A model generated the notes under the pieces. The model made no database searches, had not been told where the DNA came from, and saw only the letters and a program-made list of their open reading frames with translations. From contig OZ037767.1 in NCBI GenBank assembly GCA_964035545.1, forward strand, positions 15,690,998 through 15,754,997: a stretch of 64,000 nt of DNA. Direction: 5' to 3'. The position numbers and the translations under genes were made by a program. Positions 61,766 through 64,000 of the stretch are shown here, one piece after another. Numbering within the stretch: position 1 is the first letter of the stretch; the number at the start of each line of letters is the position of its first letter. This DNA is from Bugula neritina. Taxonomy: Eukaryota > Animalia > Bryozoa.

Positions 61766-62628
61766 TCAACTAAAGCTAGCCTGGTTCTAAAAAATTAAAT
61801 AAATTTAGCAAAATATTTTTTCAAAATATGTAGTTTAATTTTGCTGCATTACTGAAACATCAACCATGAATAATGTGATGCTTATATATATTATGTTTCG
61901 ATATCCAAATAAATGTGATGTAGTAAAAATAGTATGTGCATCAGTCATAGCAAGATAAACTAGAAAAGTTAGCTAATCCCATTCACTAGTACCCATTGTT
62001 TGCAACTAATTCCGCATAAGTTAGAAGTAATATGTAATAATAAGCAAACTTGAGTGGTATGCTTATAAAAGCAATTTTATCAAATATGAATGCTTTTATT
62101 CTGATGATGATCAAGATAGTTTAAATTTCTATCAAAGATTATAAATAGAATTTAAATTTAAACAGTAAAGAACAAATAGAGTAAATTAAAGAGACTATTC
62201 TAAACAGCTTCAAAATCAATAATTACTCACAGTCAATCAATTTATTCAAATAATAATGTAATTATAAGTTCAGCTTTACTAAAAACTATACCGACTTAGT
62301 AAGAGTTCAGCTGTAAAACTATGTCTACTAAAACATACAACATTAAATCTAGCCTAAGTAGCTTCATTTTTTTTAATTCAGCTGTCAATAAAAGTTACTC
62401 AAGAAACTTGGATAAATTAAAATTGATAAAAGTAAAATTAAAACAACGGTACCCAATTTCATTATTATTACTGATTATGTCTTCCGACACCACTGCATTA
62501 TGATTAAGTGCTGAAGTAAAAATTTCACTTTTAGGCTTTTATGTTGGGTTTTTCTCGTCTTCAGTTATAAACTTGGTCGCAATAAGTATAACAATATTAT
62601 GAATAACTAAACTGAAATAACTACTTAC

Positions 62629-62720
62629 TTTCAGCATAGAGTAAGCGGAAACATTAAAAAAGAAGGTATAAGTGGCTACGGTTAGCGATTATGCGCTGTA
62701 AACTGTTTTTTCATTGGCTG
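62629..62720 (-). promoter_or_regulatory. Probable PPCDC 5' non-coding exon / promoter
   Basis: Minus-strand GTAAGT donor at 62628-62623; acceptor near 61787 just upstream of the ATG; CGGAA and CCAAT motifs nearby. Confidence 0.4.
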
Positions 62721-64000
62721 TATTAACGGTAGTAATAAACAATTGTATAAGAAAATAACCCTGTCCAAGCCATTAAATCGAATCTTTAGAAAATAATGAA
62801 CAGCAATAATTAATAATAACCGATTAAATAAGGTACCTTTCCATTTTTTTACATTGATCAACTAATAAACTGTAAGTTTTAAGCTGATCCACAATGTTTC
62901 CACCAGCCATGCTTGATACTCAATATTCATTAAGACTTATAAACTTCTTTTCACTTCGCATATAATTAAAAGGTTAGACAATATTATATTACATTTCCAT
63001 AGTAAAAAAGTATATAAGTGCATGCCAGAAATTCTTTTTTTGTGATTAATAAAACAAAAACTAAAAAAGTCATATCAAAATTTTAGAGACTGGTATGCTG
63101 TTAAATCCTGTGACATATCTCTTTTGAAACATTACTACATTTGTAGAAAGCATTACTATGGTGCTATACAGCAATATTTATGTACATAATTCAACAGTCA
63201 AACTTTCTATTTTCTCCTCTAACATGTCTAGCTGTTTATTTTTCATTAAAGACCTTTTAACTCTGCATGCACTTAAAAATGATTTAACCTTCATATATTA
63301 TGTTTTACTGTGTATGACGTAGTTTTGTTGATAGAAAATTAGCTGCACATTAATTGTAAGACATGATCTGTTTTGTTCCACAAAAAAGAAACAAAATAGC
63401 TTGCATTACAACTATGTGATTTTTTTATTGCCATTATATATTATAATTTGCAGTTCATCAAAAATAGCTTTTAATTGAGAAAAAGCATAAAGCCTGGTGT
63501 GTCAGCCATTTTACACAATATTCTTATTGACTATTTATAGCTATAAGCTGTTGGTCATCTGGCTTTCATGTAGCTTTAGCCTAACTTTTAGGCTTTTGTG
63601 TTAACTTTTAAGTTCAAGTAATTTTTAGAGATTAGACAAATCCAAGAAGTACATAATAAAATTTTGTGCAGCATTTATGCAAACAGTTATAAGCTAAAGA
63701 TGTACAGTGATTTCAAAACATTCTAACATGATTTCTTATACAGTATGTCATAGCATTCATTTCAACCATTGCAAAAAATTATAAATAAACTTTAATTAGA
63801 ATAATTTCTATTATGATAAGTAATCCTAAGTTTTTGAATATAAAATGTTTTCAATGTTGGAGATGTCCAACATTAAAAACGATTTAAATTCAAAAATGAA
63901 AACATTTGTATAATTTACATATGAATGACAAAATGCTGCAGCCATGGCAATATAAATTTAATAAATGCAAATTTGTATTATTTTTATATAATAATAATGG

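Overview
AT-rich animal (invertebrate-type, spliceosomal GT-AG introns) genomic window, dominated by transposons and decaying duplicated genes. Host genes: ABHD12 (+, ~56.5-60.7 kb, first coding exon not located), PPCDC (-, 3 coding exons, convergent with ABHD12), and an 8-exon gene encoding ~15 ankyrin repeats, a low-complexity linker, a ubiquitin-like segment and a CCDC106-like C-terminus (+, 21037-27899). An orphan 3-exon 3' fragment of CPEB1/orb lies on the minus strand (18.5-19.7 kb) and is invisible in the ORF track. Three disrupted paralogues encode a secreted WSC / NHL-like / PAN-apple protein. Mobile elements: two related Gypsy LTR retrotransposons and a solo LTR, all with ATAT target duplications; two families of CACAG-terminated, 2-bp-TSD DNA transposons; and tRNA-derived SINEs. 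Best candidate for an undescribed system: both Gypsy elements carry, between pol and the 3' LTR, a sense-strand accessory gene with its own ATG mini-exon and a conserved 264-nt phase-1 intron, encoding a double zinc finger plus basic/coiled-coil protein. Second highlight: 937-5674 has the junction and TSD signature of a reversed-ends (alternative) transposition between two neighbouring DNA transposon copies. All analysis was by eye; family names rest on recalled motifs, not database searches.
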